Positions 12,880 to 25,400 of a stretch of DNA of 64,000 nucleotides are shown here, one piece after another. The position numbers were made by a program, and so were the translations under genes. The notes below the pieces were generated by a model, which did no database searches, was not told the DNA's origin, and saw only the letters and a list, made by a program, of their open reading frames with translations. Source of the stretch: Schizochytrium sp. TIO01 (lineage: Eukaryota; Protista; Bigyra: Labyrinthulomycetes); contig SMSO01000005.1 in NCBI GenBank assembly GCA_004764695.1, positions 310,001 to 374,000 on the forward strand, read 5' to 3'. How positions within the stretch are numbered: position 1 is the stretch's first letter; each line of letters begins with the position of its first letter.

Positions 12880-13934
12880 ACTGATTCAATCGATCGATCA
12901 ATCGATTGATCCTTCGATCGATTTCGAGCTCGCTTCAGTTTCGTTCCTTTCTCCAGAGCGGACTCGAGCAGCTCGAGTTCCCGCCTCCCTAAGACGCCCT
13001 ACGCCCCGCTAGAGCCGCGATTCCCTCATAGCGGACCCGGTGTACCCGCGTCTGAGAGGAGGTCGTCGCTGGAAGAAGAACGGACCGCCTAGACCGTAAG
13101 TAAGCAGTAAGTAGTAGCTCGCTAGCTAGCTAGCTCCCTAGGCCTGCCTAGCGACAGCTACGCGAAACCGAGCGGAACAGGGGACAGCGGGGGCAGGTCC
13201 CTGAGTTAGGAGTCGCTAGGCGGCGGCTAGGCGGCCAGCGGCCAGGGTACAGGAGGCAGCTGTCCGTCTGTGGCAAAGGCAGAAGGTGAGCGGGTGAGTG
13301 AGTGAGTGAGTAGGAAGCGCAAGCAAGAACAACAGCAGCCACGGCAGTATCCAAACAGGGATCGTATCGCTCGAGGCGGCTGCGGCAGCAAAACCCGAAC
13401 TGTCTGTGCGCGAGACTTGGAGAGAGATAAGGAGGCGACGCGGAGGCTTTGTTTGGTCTGTGTGTGTGGGTGTGCGAGCGAGCGAGCGAGCGAGCGAGGG
13501 GGGAAGCTAGCTGGTTAGCTGGCTAGCTGGCTAGTCGAGACGAAGCGGCCGGTCGATCCAACCCTCTGTGCCTGCTAACTGTGGCGCGCTGTGATACAGT
13601 CTAGAGTAGAGGAGCGGAGCGGGAAGGAGGAGCCGTGCTGGTCAAAGCTGGCGGCGAGCGGGCGAGCGAAGCAGGAACCGGGTGCCCTTTGGAACCTAAG
13701 GCTTGCTGCTTGCAACGTCGCGGACTTGATTCCAGTTTCGTCTGAAGAACCAACCCCCATCTATCTTGGCTTGAGAAGAAAAACACACACTCACCAAAAA
13801 ACAACAAAACAACAAAAACAAACAGAGAAAGAAAAACAGGATAAAGAGGAAAAAGAGACACGAGGTCTCACTTTACTAATACTACCTAGCGTTCTCTCGT
13901 GTGCGGGTGTCTGTGAGTGGAGTGAGTGAGTAAG

Positions 13935-15702
13935 ATGCTGTTTCAAGAAAACGAGGAGGGCGCCGCCATGGAAAGCTTCGACCACAGCGCGGCTGCTCTT
14001 CGCGACCTGCCGAAGAACCGTCGCAAGGATCTGGTGGACCCGGCTTCGGAGGAGAATGGCTCTGGCACTGACAATGGAGATGTGGTTGAAGAACTCAATC
14101 GTCCACAGCGTAATCTGAATGTCTACACCATTCTCATCCTTCTTGTTGGTGTCTTTGGTGGCCTCCTCTTTGGCCTCGATATTGGCACTGCCGCTTCAAC
14201 CTCCTTGAGCTCGTTCCGCGAAACGATGGGTATCCCCGTCCTCCAGAGTGGTCAGAAGGATGCAGCATCTACAACCGCTCAAATCAACGAATTTACTTAC
14301 GTCTTCCATGCCACCTGCCTCGTTGGTGCACCCTTTGGAGGGTTTATCGCTGATCGGTTTGGTCGCAAGCCTGTCATTCTCATCGCTGCAACGATTTTCC
14401 TCGTTGGTGCTGTCTGGCAGTCCCTCGCGGGTCTCATTTCAACTGACTTTGCTTGGAAATCTATCATCCTTGGTCGCGCAATTGGCGGCGTTGGCCTTGG
14501 ATTCACTCTCACTATCGCCCCCGGTATACACCGCCGAGCTCACTCCTGCTCGTTGGCGTGGTATGGGCATTACCATTTTCCAGCTTGCCATTGTGAGTGG
14601 AATCTTCATTATGGCCATTTACAACAATTTCATGAGCGAGTACTGGGGCTGGCGTCTTGGTATTGCGCTGCAGGCCATTCCTTCCTTTTTGCTGATTCTA
14701 CTGACTGTCTTTTTCTTCCCGGAAAGTCCGCGTTATCTTATCAAGGTAAAGCGCTACGATGAGGCCGAGGCAGCCTTGCGTCGCCTGGCTCAAGGCACGC
14801 CTGATGCTGAAAAAGTGGTCAGTTTCGAGATGCAGCAAATTAAAGATGAGCAGGCTGAGGAGGATGCTGCTGGTGAGGGTGGATTTTTCGAACTCTTCCG
14901 TGGGGAGAACCTTGTCTCAGTGCTCTGCGCAGGCACTGTGGCCTTCTCCCAGAACGTGACTGGTATTACTTGGTTCCTGAACTACGCCACCACGCTCTTC
15001 AACTCCCTTGGATTCGATGCCTTCACCTTTGACCTCATCCTTAAGGCCATTAGTGTGGCATTTACCTTGGTCGTCATCCCGCTTATCGACAACGTTGGAC
15101 GCAAGCCTTTGCTCATTTGGGGAACTACCTTTACAATGGTCGCTTTCTTCCTCATCGCAGTTGTGATCTCTGCTTCAGGTGTGAATGTCAACACGGATGA
15201 TGCAGACTCGAAGACTTATGCTGTGCAGATTTTCTCGGTCATTATGATTTACCTCTTTCAGACGTCGTACTCTCTAACATGGGGAGCTATTGGTTGGATT
15301 GTCCCAGCAGAGTCCTTTTCTCTCCGTGTCCGTGGAGTCGGTATGGCCTTCTGTGTGAGTATGAACTTCTTCACCAATATCCTCCTCGGTGATGTTGGCT
15401 ACGATCGTATTTACAGCGCAACCAACCTTCAGATTACTTGCTTTATCCTTGTGGTCACCAACTTCTTCATTGCTTTCCCTGCTGTCACCCTGTTCCAGCC
15501 GGAGACTAAGGATCTTGGACTCGAGGATCTTCGCAAGGTGTTCGCGTACTCCAAGGGTGGCAATGAGGAGCGTGGCTTTGGTACTATTCGCCAATTCATC
15601 AAGCGCAACCTCACGCAGACGGCTCAAATTTACTGCTTTAAGGAGCCTGATCGGACCATTGGCTTTGAGCGCTTCAAGGACAAGGCCCCTCCTTCTGTGT
15701 AA
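13935..15702 (+). pseudogene. MFS sugar porter paralogue 2, split by a +1 frameshift at the C run 14518-14522 (recent pseudogene or sequencing error)
   Basis: ORF 13926..14762 (first ATG 13935, MLFQEN...) matches paralogues 1 and 3 up to ...FTLTIAP. ORF 14248..15702 resumes the match at VYTAELTPARWRG and runs to the homologous C terminus (GFERFKDKAPPSV). The sequence reads GCC CCC GGT ATA CAC; removing one C gives GCC CCG GTA TAC ACC (APVYT), as in the paralogues. No other lesion seen. Confidence 0.88.
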
Positions 15703-16169
15703 ATAGGCAGCAAAAATAGTATTGAGGAGCACAGAAGGTTGTATAGATAAGCAACAGTATATGCCTTTTATTTATATAATATCTTTGAAGGCAATTATCG
15801 CATGATATCTTTTATTTACTTCATTGCACACGTTGTGCAATTCCCATGTATGAAGTCGCTTTCTATACCTTCCATGCCCCACTCTTATGAGTTGGTTTAT
15901 ACAACAACAAATCAATGCACTGCAGTTCCCCAAGTGTCGATCACGATGTGGACAACTTTTTCCACCCAGGGTTTACATGCATTTCGTTTATTCTCTCTAT
16001 CTATTTATGCGCCTACATTCTTTCGTATAATCAAAAACGTAAGTTCTCTACTTCTGTTCCATGTTCTCTTTTTCTTTTTTTTCTTTACAATACAACTAAC
16101 ATAGTATCTGAAAGAGCTTAGACATAATTCAACAATTCTCTCGCCACTGTCGTTTTTCGTTCTAGTGCA

Positions 16170-16202
<33 letters not shown>

Positions 16203-16380
16203 GATCTGCTCTAGTGCTTATCAGCATTTTTGTTTGTACACTGCTGCTGGCAGTGTTTCTATGCAGACCGTGGGAAGAAACTGCTGGTTGTAGAGTAGCA
16301 ACGAGCTCACTTAATATCCTCACAGTATTGATGGGAAATCTGAAATGCAGGATTTTCCAGTATTGAAGAAGACAGAGCCC

Positions 16381-16465
16381 TTCCTCTTCTTCTTCCTCTT
16401 CCTCTTCTTCTTCTTCTTCTTCTTCTCCTCCTCCTCCTCCTCCTCCTGATTCTCCTCCTTCTCCT
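16381..16465. repeat. (CTT/CCT)n trinucleotide tract
   Basis: Direct reading; it produces the spurious poly-E/poly-G ORF 16162..16557. Confidence 0.9.
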
Positions 16466-19400
16466 CCGCTTCCTAATTTAAGTTGAGGGGTTTTCGATAT
16501 GTGCCACTTCTTGTCATTTATCCTCTTTAAAGGCAGATTACGGCCGGGCTTTCTCAAATACTTTGGTAAGTGTGGATTGTTACTTGAACACGAAAAACTT
16601 GTGTACTTTTATGCTTGAGGTACTCTTCTCCATTCGTATGATTTTGTTGACTCTTCATCGTGCATTTCCTCCAACTAAACGTAATCACATCATTTGCAAC
16701 TGCGTGTCCATACTAAAGTGGGTTCTGGAAAGTTTGATGTAACTTAGCAATCTCGCATCATACAACAAAGATAGTTTGCTGAGATTCCGAATAGATGCAT
16801 TTGTTCTTCCTTCCAGCATTTGAACAATGAAGGAGTGGTTTTATTGTTTTTCGTTTTTCTTAAAAGGAAGCTCTGCGCTCTTTCATGCAAATGGTTTTTC
16901 TTTTTTTAAATCAAATCAAACGGATTGTGGAACCAAGTATTACAACAACCGCATTCCTTTTTCCGTCGCGTCACTCAGCATTTAGGTTCCTACCTACCTA
17001 CCTACCCACTTACCTACCCACTTACCTACTTACCTACTCACCTGCCACCTACCTACCTCTACTGTCAATCAATTGACGCATGGCAGAATTGACCTTACCC
17101 TCACTCAGAATGGAACAAGTGCTGTTCATGTGAGATGTGATCTGCAAGTAAACTATGTTATCAATGGACCTAAATGCCAGATCCTTACTCTTTATCTGCC
17201 AGATGAACTGCTGGAAAGAGATTTACTGGGTACCAGCCTCGCCAGCACTTTTGTGGATCGTGGATGATGACCACCTTACAAAGACCTTTTTTCCTCTTGC
17301 TCCTCCAACAGTGCAGTGTATGATAACTTACAGCGAGCCCATAGTGTGGGACGCGTCATTCCTCGCCTTGGAATGGTGCCTCCCCTGTTCTTCCCATTTT
17401 CGCAAACGACTCTTTAGAAGGACTCCGTTATCCCTTCGTATACGAGTGAGAATCTAAACGCCAGTGGCTTTGAAAGTTCGAAATACCAGCCTCTGCGTGT
17501 TTCCCATTTACAACCCACCTTTGAAGACACCGTATCTTACCTTCGACTCCGGTCAAGGCTGCCACTGATTGATTCTTTAATACAGCATCTCGGTTTCGTG
17601 GGATGGAAGCTGCGATAGGCAAGACAAGCAACGCTTGCAGAAAGTCGTCTTTGTGTTCTTTCTGCTCGCTACTATCCAAACAATCCAAAATGAAAGATTA
17701 GCGAAAAGACAATTACATGGAACTGAAAGATGGCTCGTCACAGGTGAAATGTGAGCATCATCGCATTTCTTTTGTTTCTTCCTTTCTAATATAGCTTTTG
17801 GAATCAGACATTCAGGTTCGTCGCGTTGCAAGAGAAGCGAGAAAAGGTTCTATGTACCACGCGGCACAACGACGAGCAATTGAAGGCCCCAGATCTCTAA
17901 ATTCGCGTTTTCAATTCCACAGCGACGGATTTAGTCGGCAATGACTGGATCCAACCTCACAGTTTTCGTTAGCATAATGTTTGACCGGGAGCGAGTTTTA
18001 AAATACTTGCACTTCGCGTGCTTCTTCGTGCCACTCTTTTCGCTCTGAGCGTATGAACATTTTTTTTTCTTTTCCAATCAACGAATCTGAAGAGCTCCAA
18101 TCGCGCTTTTGATAGTGTTCTTCATCGCGAAAAAAGATACCGCTTCACCGGCCATAAGGCCGACATAGGTGCGAAACGCGGCCCTTCTTGCGTGCGACTC
18201 ACTGTCTCAAACTCGCAGCTCGCCGTGAAGCCACAGCATCAGCCTCGCAGTCTGTCTCTTCGCCCACTTCCTTTCGCATTAAGAAGACTCGGTTGGTATA
18301 CAAATGCAGAATCGGTGGTGTCACTTGCTTTTATCCATGGATCCTTCTTAGAGCAACCCATTTCCAAACTCACCAAAGGCCTTTCAGTTTTATATGCAGT
18401 CGGTAGTAAGGTCTCTTCCTTTTGGAATTGAGTGCAATTCCTGTCATTGTGTGTGATTAGCGCCATACATTCATTATACCCAAGGGTACTGGAAATTCGT
18501 CCTTTTCGAAGCAAACTCACTCTTTGTAATTACAATCTCCAATCTCTGCAATTTTTTCAGGAAGATCCATAGATTTCATGGGTGGCATACGCGTGACGCG
18601 TCGAGGTGAGATGGATTCGCGGGTGCTCTAGTCTTACTGTTTGTAGTAGATGGCCCTAGACCTCGCTGTCCTGTTGGGTGCTGTTGGCTGATGCAGCAGA
18701 TTCCTCAAATTTGGGGACCTTGGAATTTTCAAAGGCCTCGAGACCAAAGCAGTTCGGGTTGCAATATAAATTTGATGATTCGATAGAGCAAGAGGGCAAA
18801 TTCCATGCATGGGTCGTGAAGGTGTTGTCGTGAATTTACCTTGATTTGGATTGCACCAGGGTACCTACCTACCTTTTCGAAAGTTGCATAAAATTATATA
18901 TACTACCTACTACCAACTTGAGGTTTGTGTTTCAAGAGGGATGTTGGTTGATTTACCTTAATCAGTTAAGCTAATGAATTCATGATTTCAGTTATTGAAC
19001 TGTGAGGTGGGGGTATTATTTCTTGTAAATGATGACCAGGCCGAGGAATTCCAATCTCCCTGAACAGTGAGACCAAGAGACAAGCCATCCCAAACAACGT
19101 ATTTGTTAAATTAATCTTTTCAACGCATCTCTCCCAAAACGATTTTTTAGTTTCCTTTTAAAAACATATAAAACCTCGCAACCAGAAATTATCTTTTCTG
19201 TTGTTTTGCATTCATTTTATACCTGCGCTGGCTATAGCCAAATGTCCCAGCTCCGATACTATTCAGACGCATGTCCATGTGACTTTTCTGCTGTCATCTT
19301 CTTTCCGGCCTATGAGCGGGCCCACGCAAATTCCCTAATTTATTCACTCCAATTGCGCCCAGCCGATTGAGCTTTCGCATCCCTGTTTTCTTGCACCTCA

Positions 19401-22400
19401 TACCGCAAAGCCACTGGATCTCGCCTCCGTACTATGCCTTATCGTCTCGCTTTAGTCGCCTTACCTTAAGGATGTCCCCGTACACACCCATCTCTTATCG
19501 CGCACACCATGAAATTCGCACCCGTCACGCCAGCACTGGCGCTGACTATATAGGTACTAGAGGTAGAAAGTAGAGAGTGTCCTTTGATTTCAATTATTTA
19601 ATTTTTGTTTAATTTTTGTTTAATTGTTTTTAATTGTTTTTTTAGTGAAGAAGGAAAATTATAATGCAGAAAATAGAGAAATCTTTTCTTCAAGTTTCTG
19701 TTGGTATTCGTATTCTTCTAGCTCTTTCCCCCTTCTTCACAGCGTTTGGAGGCGTTCGCTGCGCTCCATACAACACCCTGCTCTGGAGACGTCCGAGCGC
19801 TGAATTGGTTTCTTCGCTCCGATTTCCGACGCGGCTCAAAAGTTGACAGTCCTCTTCTTCTTCTTTTCCGCAATCAAGTTGCTTCGTCCATTGCTTGATC
19901 TTTCTCCCTTCCTGATTCTCGTTGTCACCTTTATTTTTTACTTTTTTTACTTTTAGAGAGAAGAAGAAAGAATTGCACAATTTTATAATATTGATTTTAA
20001 AATATTACATATAAATATATTTATTAAAAAAGAAAACATGAAAAGAACCAAAACAGCTCAGTTATGTATGCCCTTTTCGTTTCTTTCGAATAGGACTCCT
20101 TCGAATATTTCCCGTTCCTTTCGGATCTCTCGCCTGCGATCTTAGATATCTACATAAATCGCAGCCTTCGGCTCGTAAGAGAGGTATCTCCGGCAAATGC
20201 ATCAAATGCATCGTCGGATCCAGCGCGAGATCTTGGCTTCTATCGGGCGTGCGGCGGTATCCTCCGCAGCGATTCTTCCTTCGGGCAAGCACGCGTATCC
20301 TGGATATCTTCAGGCGCGTCAAAAGCATCCAGGCAATCGAACCTCGAGATTGGACCATTTCCGCAAAACTCGCAGGAAAGCAGCTGTTTTCCACGCGAGG
20401 GCGTCAACCAACCCAGCTCCGGCAGCAACGTGGTGGTCACGGCCGCCATCACATCAGTCGCCTCGAAGAAGAGCTCCTTCGTCATGGCTTCGTCGCCTTC
20501 GTCGCATGGCGGGTTGGCGTTTATAATAGCTTCCTCAAGTTGGTTTGGCTTTGGGGTCCAACCAATCAAAATATTATGTTTTCTCCTGAAAAGTCCATCT
20601 AATCCATTCATCCTTTCAACCATTCTATCATTCAATCAATTAATCAATCAATCAATTAATGAATCAATGAATCAATGAATCAATGAATGAAATAAACATA
20701 CATATATACACAGATGCAGTCCAGAAACGCGCAATAAGAGGGGCCGATCAAGTTGAAGAAACCGCCCATCATCGCAAGTGGGCGAAGCTTGCGACAGCAG
20801 CTCAATCCGCAGCCAAGGGTTACAACTTGAGACCGAGGCTGCTGCTCTGCTTCTGGTTTTCCAGGCAGTTACATTTGCCCAAGACTTGACGGGGAATCCT
20901 GCAGCAGTAGCATCAGCAGCAGCATCAGCAGCATCAGCAGCAGTCCATCTCGATCCGTTTCCGAAGATATCAATCAAATCCAGCTCGGTCCAAGATAGTC
21001 GAGACCTGGTGCAAAAGCAGCAGAGGCACGAGCGAAGGCTTGAAGCCAAAGCGGCCTGTGAGCCTGTCTAAGATCGCTCAGCATGGCAACTTGCGAACAG
21101 CTGTCTCTAAGGTTTACAGATAAGCAAACGAAGAAACCAACAAATAAGCAAACAGATATCTTCCGAAGACGCGTCTCCGCAATCTCGGGCTTTAAATCCG
21201 CACCTGCCAAGCCCTGACTTGCTCGCGCTTTATCCACTCCTCACGCGTGCGCGAGCAATGAAAAGCAGGCACTTCTTCTGTTGGTTTGTTTGGACGATCT
21301 CAATCCTTCTTCTTTCTATACTTTTAGTTGGTTCAACTATGCAAATAAAACAACCGAACTTGGAGAAAGAGAATACAATTGAAAGAATATAATTAAAAGA
21401 ATATAAAAACATTCTACAGACGAAAGTGTTTCATCATGTCAATATGTGAATGAGAGAGTAGCTACAGTAGGACCTGTCTACCGATTGGGGAGAGAGAGAA
21501 AGAAGTAGTGGTTACTTCGTTGCGCTGAATCCAACTTGCTTCAATTCTGTTGCTTTGTTTGACGATTTGGCGCTTTCCGCTCCTTTCGCTCCGTGACCTC
21601 CTCCTTTCTATGCGGCTGCTGCTCGAGACAGGCACTGCCAGGCGTCCATTGCTCTCTGTGCGGCAGAAGGGGGTTGCCTCGTGAGACTAGAATGAGGTTC
21701 TCGAGTACTTTCGCAGCCATTGATTGAAGTCACAAACTTCTTCTCTCGTACCCTACCTACCTACCTACCGAGTACCTACCCGCTACTGGTAGTAGTCTTG
21801 GTTTCGGGTGGAAAGTTGATTTCAAAATTTCAATTTGCCTCGCTTGAACGTTCCTTTATAGTAATTACGTTTCGCTGTTGACAATTAGTGCAAACAACCT
21901 GAACTAACGAAACACCTAACTGACGAATGTCCTTTTTTCCCCCTATCTCTCTTTTTCTAGTTTAGAATTTTAATTTTTAATTAAACACTACCTAGATAGT
22001 TGAATATAAAATTCGATGTTTTAAATAAAACATTCTCTCTAAATATTTGGAGATAATGGTTTTTAATTTAAAATTTAAAATTTAAAATCGCAAACGTTTT
22101 TTTTTTAAAGTAAATATTTAAAAAGATGTCTGCGATCCTGTAGTGTTTTTTTATTTTAATTTATTATAAACTAAAATTCACAATTAAAAGAAATAAACCA
22201 AAAGAACATGTTGTGCTTCAATCAAACAAGAAAGCATAGAAACCATCATCACGATAATAACTGAGACACCTCTGCTATAAGCAATCAAGGCGATTGAGAC
22301 CAGTGACAGCGTCTGTCGCTCAGTATCACTGGCCAGCGAGGCGGGTCCTTTTTCCTTCGCTTCGCACTTCCTCTTCTTACTTATTTCCTTCCTTACTTTG

Positions 22401-25400
22401 TGACTCACTCACTCACTCACTCACTCACTCAGTCAATTTACGAAGAAGTTAAGAAATCAAGAAGTCAAGCGCTAAGATGATCAAGAAACCAAACTTTTCA
22501 CCCTCAACTGCCACGATTGATCTATCTGTTTATTAATTCATTCATTTGTTTATACATTTATTGCTTTGTGTGTGAATTTGTTCATCCAAGCGCCATACAT
22601 TATGATAGTAGAGGCAAGGCAGAAGCGGAGGTCCCGCATGCGAGCAAGTTGGCTCTCGTCATGGAGCAGGCCCAGGCAGCACGATGACGTTGGGGCTGTG
22701 CGCCGTCTTAGATCCTGGATGGATGTGGCTGCCTCGGCCAGCGCCTTCATCCCTGCGGAGACAAATCTAAATCTACTGCATAAATTGAATAAATTCGCAA
22801 TTTCCAAAGCGTGGTCTCTCGTTACCTAGCTAGGTACCGCCTTTAACGCTAAGCTTTGAAGCAGGAAACAACGAGAAATTTCAAGGAGACCGGCGGAAGT
22901 CGCGTGTCTGCCGACCGAGCGCCCTTCGAACCCCATTCCGGCCGTGCATCCGGCAACCGAGAGACCCTCTTTGATGCCTCAACGGCGCTAACGCGATGGT
23001 TTTCCAAGATCCTTTGGGCATACGAAGCATCTTATGACGCAATACCCGTGCTTGGATCCAAACCAAGGGTGTCCTACTCGCCTCCTACGCTAAACCATAG
23101 CGCTCGCCTCGCCATCAAACAGACATACATACATACATACATACAGACATATATAGACATACACAATGACAGAAGCCAGCGAATAAGAGCAGCGTGGCCA
23201 AACAAATCAACGCGAGACGAGATGGAGCCCTACTCTGAAGCCATGGTGGCAGTCACGATGGGAGGAGCGAGCTGGCGAGAAAGGACTGGGCTTCGCTCTG
23301 CGGCTCATCCGTCTGCTCAGTCCGCCGCAGCCTGCGAGAGAGGCTGGAGCCGGGCGCCGCGGCTCCTCGAGCTTCTGCCGAGGAGCCCTCTTGCGCTCCA
23401 TCCAACCCTTCCTTTGCACCTCGTTTCTTTCTGTGAGAACTTTCGTTCTCGCGTCGCGTGAACAGCAAAAAAAAGAAAGAAAGAAACACTCAATTCTGAT
23501 CTGATCTGATCTGCTGTTCTTTCCTTTCTTCTTTCTTCAGTCTTCTTTACGGGCGCTTTCTCTGTTCTCTTGAAAAGAAAAGGGTTGGCCGCTTATCATC
23601 ACTTCTCAGCGAGGAAAGGAAATTCAAAAGCGACTAAGCTCACCCAAAGTATGATGTTTTCTAAGCAAGCAACGGAAAGAAAGCCTGAATAGAATACCAT
23701 CCTAAAGATTCGGCGAATGCAAAATAACGCAAAGCAAAATAAAGCAAAGTAAAGCGAGGCGAGAGTGGCCCGCCTGAAGCGAGTTAGCGCTGTCTCCTGC
23801 AGAGGCTTAGGCCTCCGTGCATGCGGTATCGTCTTCGGCGACAGTTTGGGCTGCGGCTGGAGCGGGTTCGATGCCAGCGCCGCTGACCCAGTATTGCTGG
23901 TTCGTTCTATACGCCAAATTTCATTTGGTTTGACTTATTCCATTTAATTTTTTTTTCCCTCGAAGTTAGCTTCAATGAAAATCGTAGCGTTAAACAAAAC
24001 CCATCAATCCTTGAAAGAAAGAGGAACTCGAAGACCAAGATTTTCACATTAAGTTATTTTATGTTGGCAATTTTTTTAAAATATACGACTTATTATGCGT
24101 ACTGTTCAAAGTACTAATTTCAAAAGTAAGATTTTCTTTCTTCCTCCAATCTAACATCATTTTCTTCGAAAGAAAATAATAATTGAAAGAAAAAAATAAT
24201 AATGATAGTTAGGGTAGAAACCTGGCTGCGCGTTCTTTTGGTGGCGTTCTCGAAATGCAGTGCGAACTACCTGCTTTCTATGGCGAATATGGAAGCAGGA
24301 AGAACGCCAACGGGATCGCGGACTTTCCATGCACCCGTGGCTGCTATTCTCAAGTTCTCTTTCTCCATCGCTTCAAGTTGGATTGCCTCGCGCCACCTTC
24401 TGTCTGAGAACCGACCGTGCCCTTTGCGAAGCTCTCCTTGCCCGCTCGCGAGTCGCGAACCGCGGCGCTATCTGCAGGAGCTCTCGCAGGTTTGGCTCGT
24501 TTGCTCGACAGCTGAAGCTTCTTCGTTCTTGCTTGGATTTGAATTCTCGAATTCCTGCATTTTGGCCCTTTTCTTCTACAAACTCTGATCGATCGATCGG
24601 TTGGTCGATCGGCTGCGCATGCGTAGTGATGCCCGGGAGGAAATCCGCTCACGATCACGCGCGCCACGCTGAGTATTTTTTGGAGATGCCGCTTCTCGTT
24701 TGAGCGAAGAAGACCTTTGCGAGCGAGCGAGCGAGAACAAGCTTAGTTAGCCTCGAGCTCAAGCTCAAGCTCGAATTCGAATTCTAATTCGAAGCCAATA
24801 AATTCAAATTCAGACTACGGGCGAGCTTCAGAGCTGCCTCGTGCCGCGACGCTCCGCTTCTCCGACGGTCGCAGCTCACGTGCAGCGAGCACAATGGCTT
24901 CGTAGAAGCTCAGCTGCGCATGATTGTGACGGGATGTGGTGGCGGCCCGTGGCCAAGAACTGACTGACTGACTGCCTCACTCGTCCATTCCCTCTTCTCT
25001 GCTAAGCCTTGGGTTAGAATGGTTTTTTCTCATTCGTAAATGTGCAGGCCTTCCTTGGTTTATTCTGCCTTCTTCAAAGCCCCGACTTCGAGGATGTCTC
25101 TGGCCATGGAAACAACGACGATTCTGGAGCTTGTTTGCTTCTTTGTTTGTTGGTGTTTCTTTGTTTACCAACCGAAGAATTCGACGAACTTGAAGAAGAA
25201 GGCGACCAACTGGCAAGCTGTTCTTCTTTCATTCACTCGATTCAAAGCGACCTTATGATGGTCCTCGACTTGGGAGCAAACGAGGTAACATGATATCATG
25301 CGAAAAGCCCTTGCTACTTCCGCGGCGGAGGATACCCCGGCGATTTCATCAAGGGCGTCCTTCGCATTTCAGGAGGCCCGCCGGGCGATCGTCGGGCGGA

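Noticed and set aside
11465-12884. ORFs of 100-300 aa (e.g. 11478..12380)
   Set aside because: They run through microsatellites (GCAGA, GCTT, GAA, AATC, GTAA) and the translations are repeat-derived.
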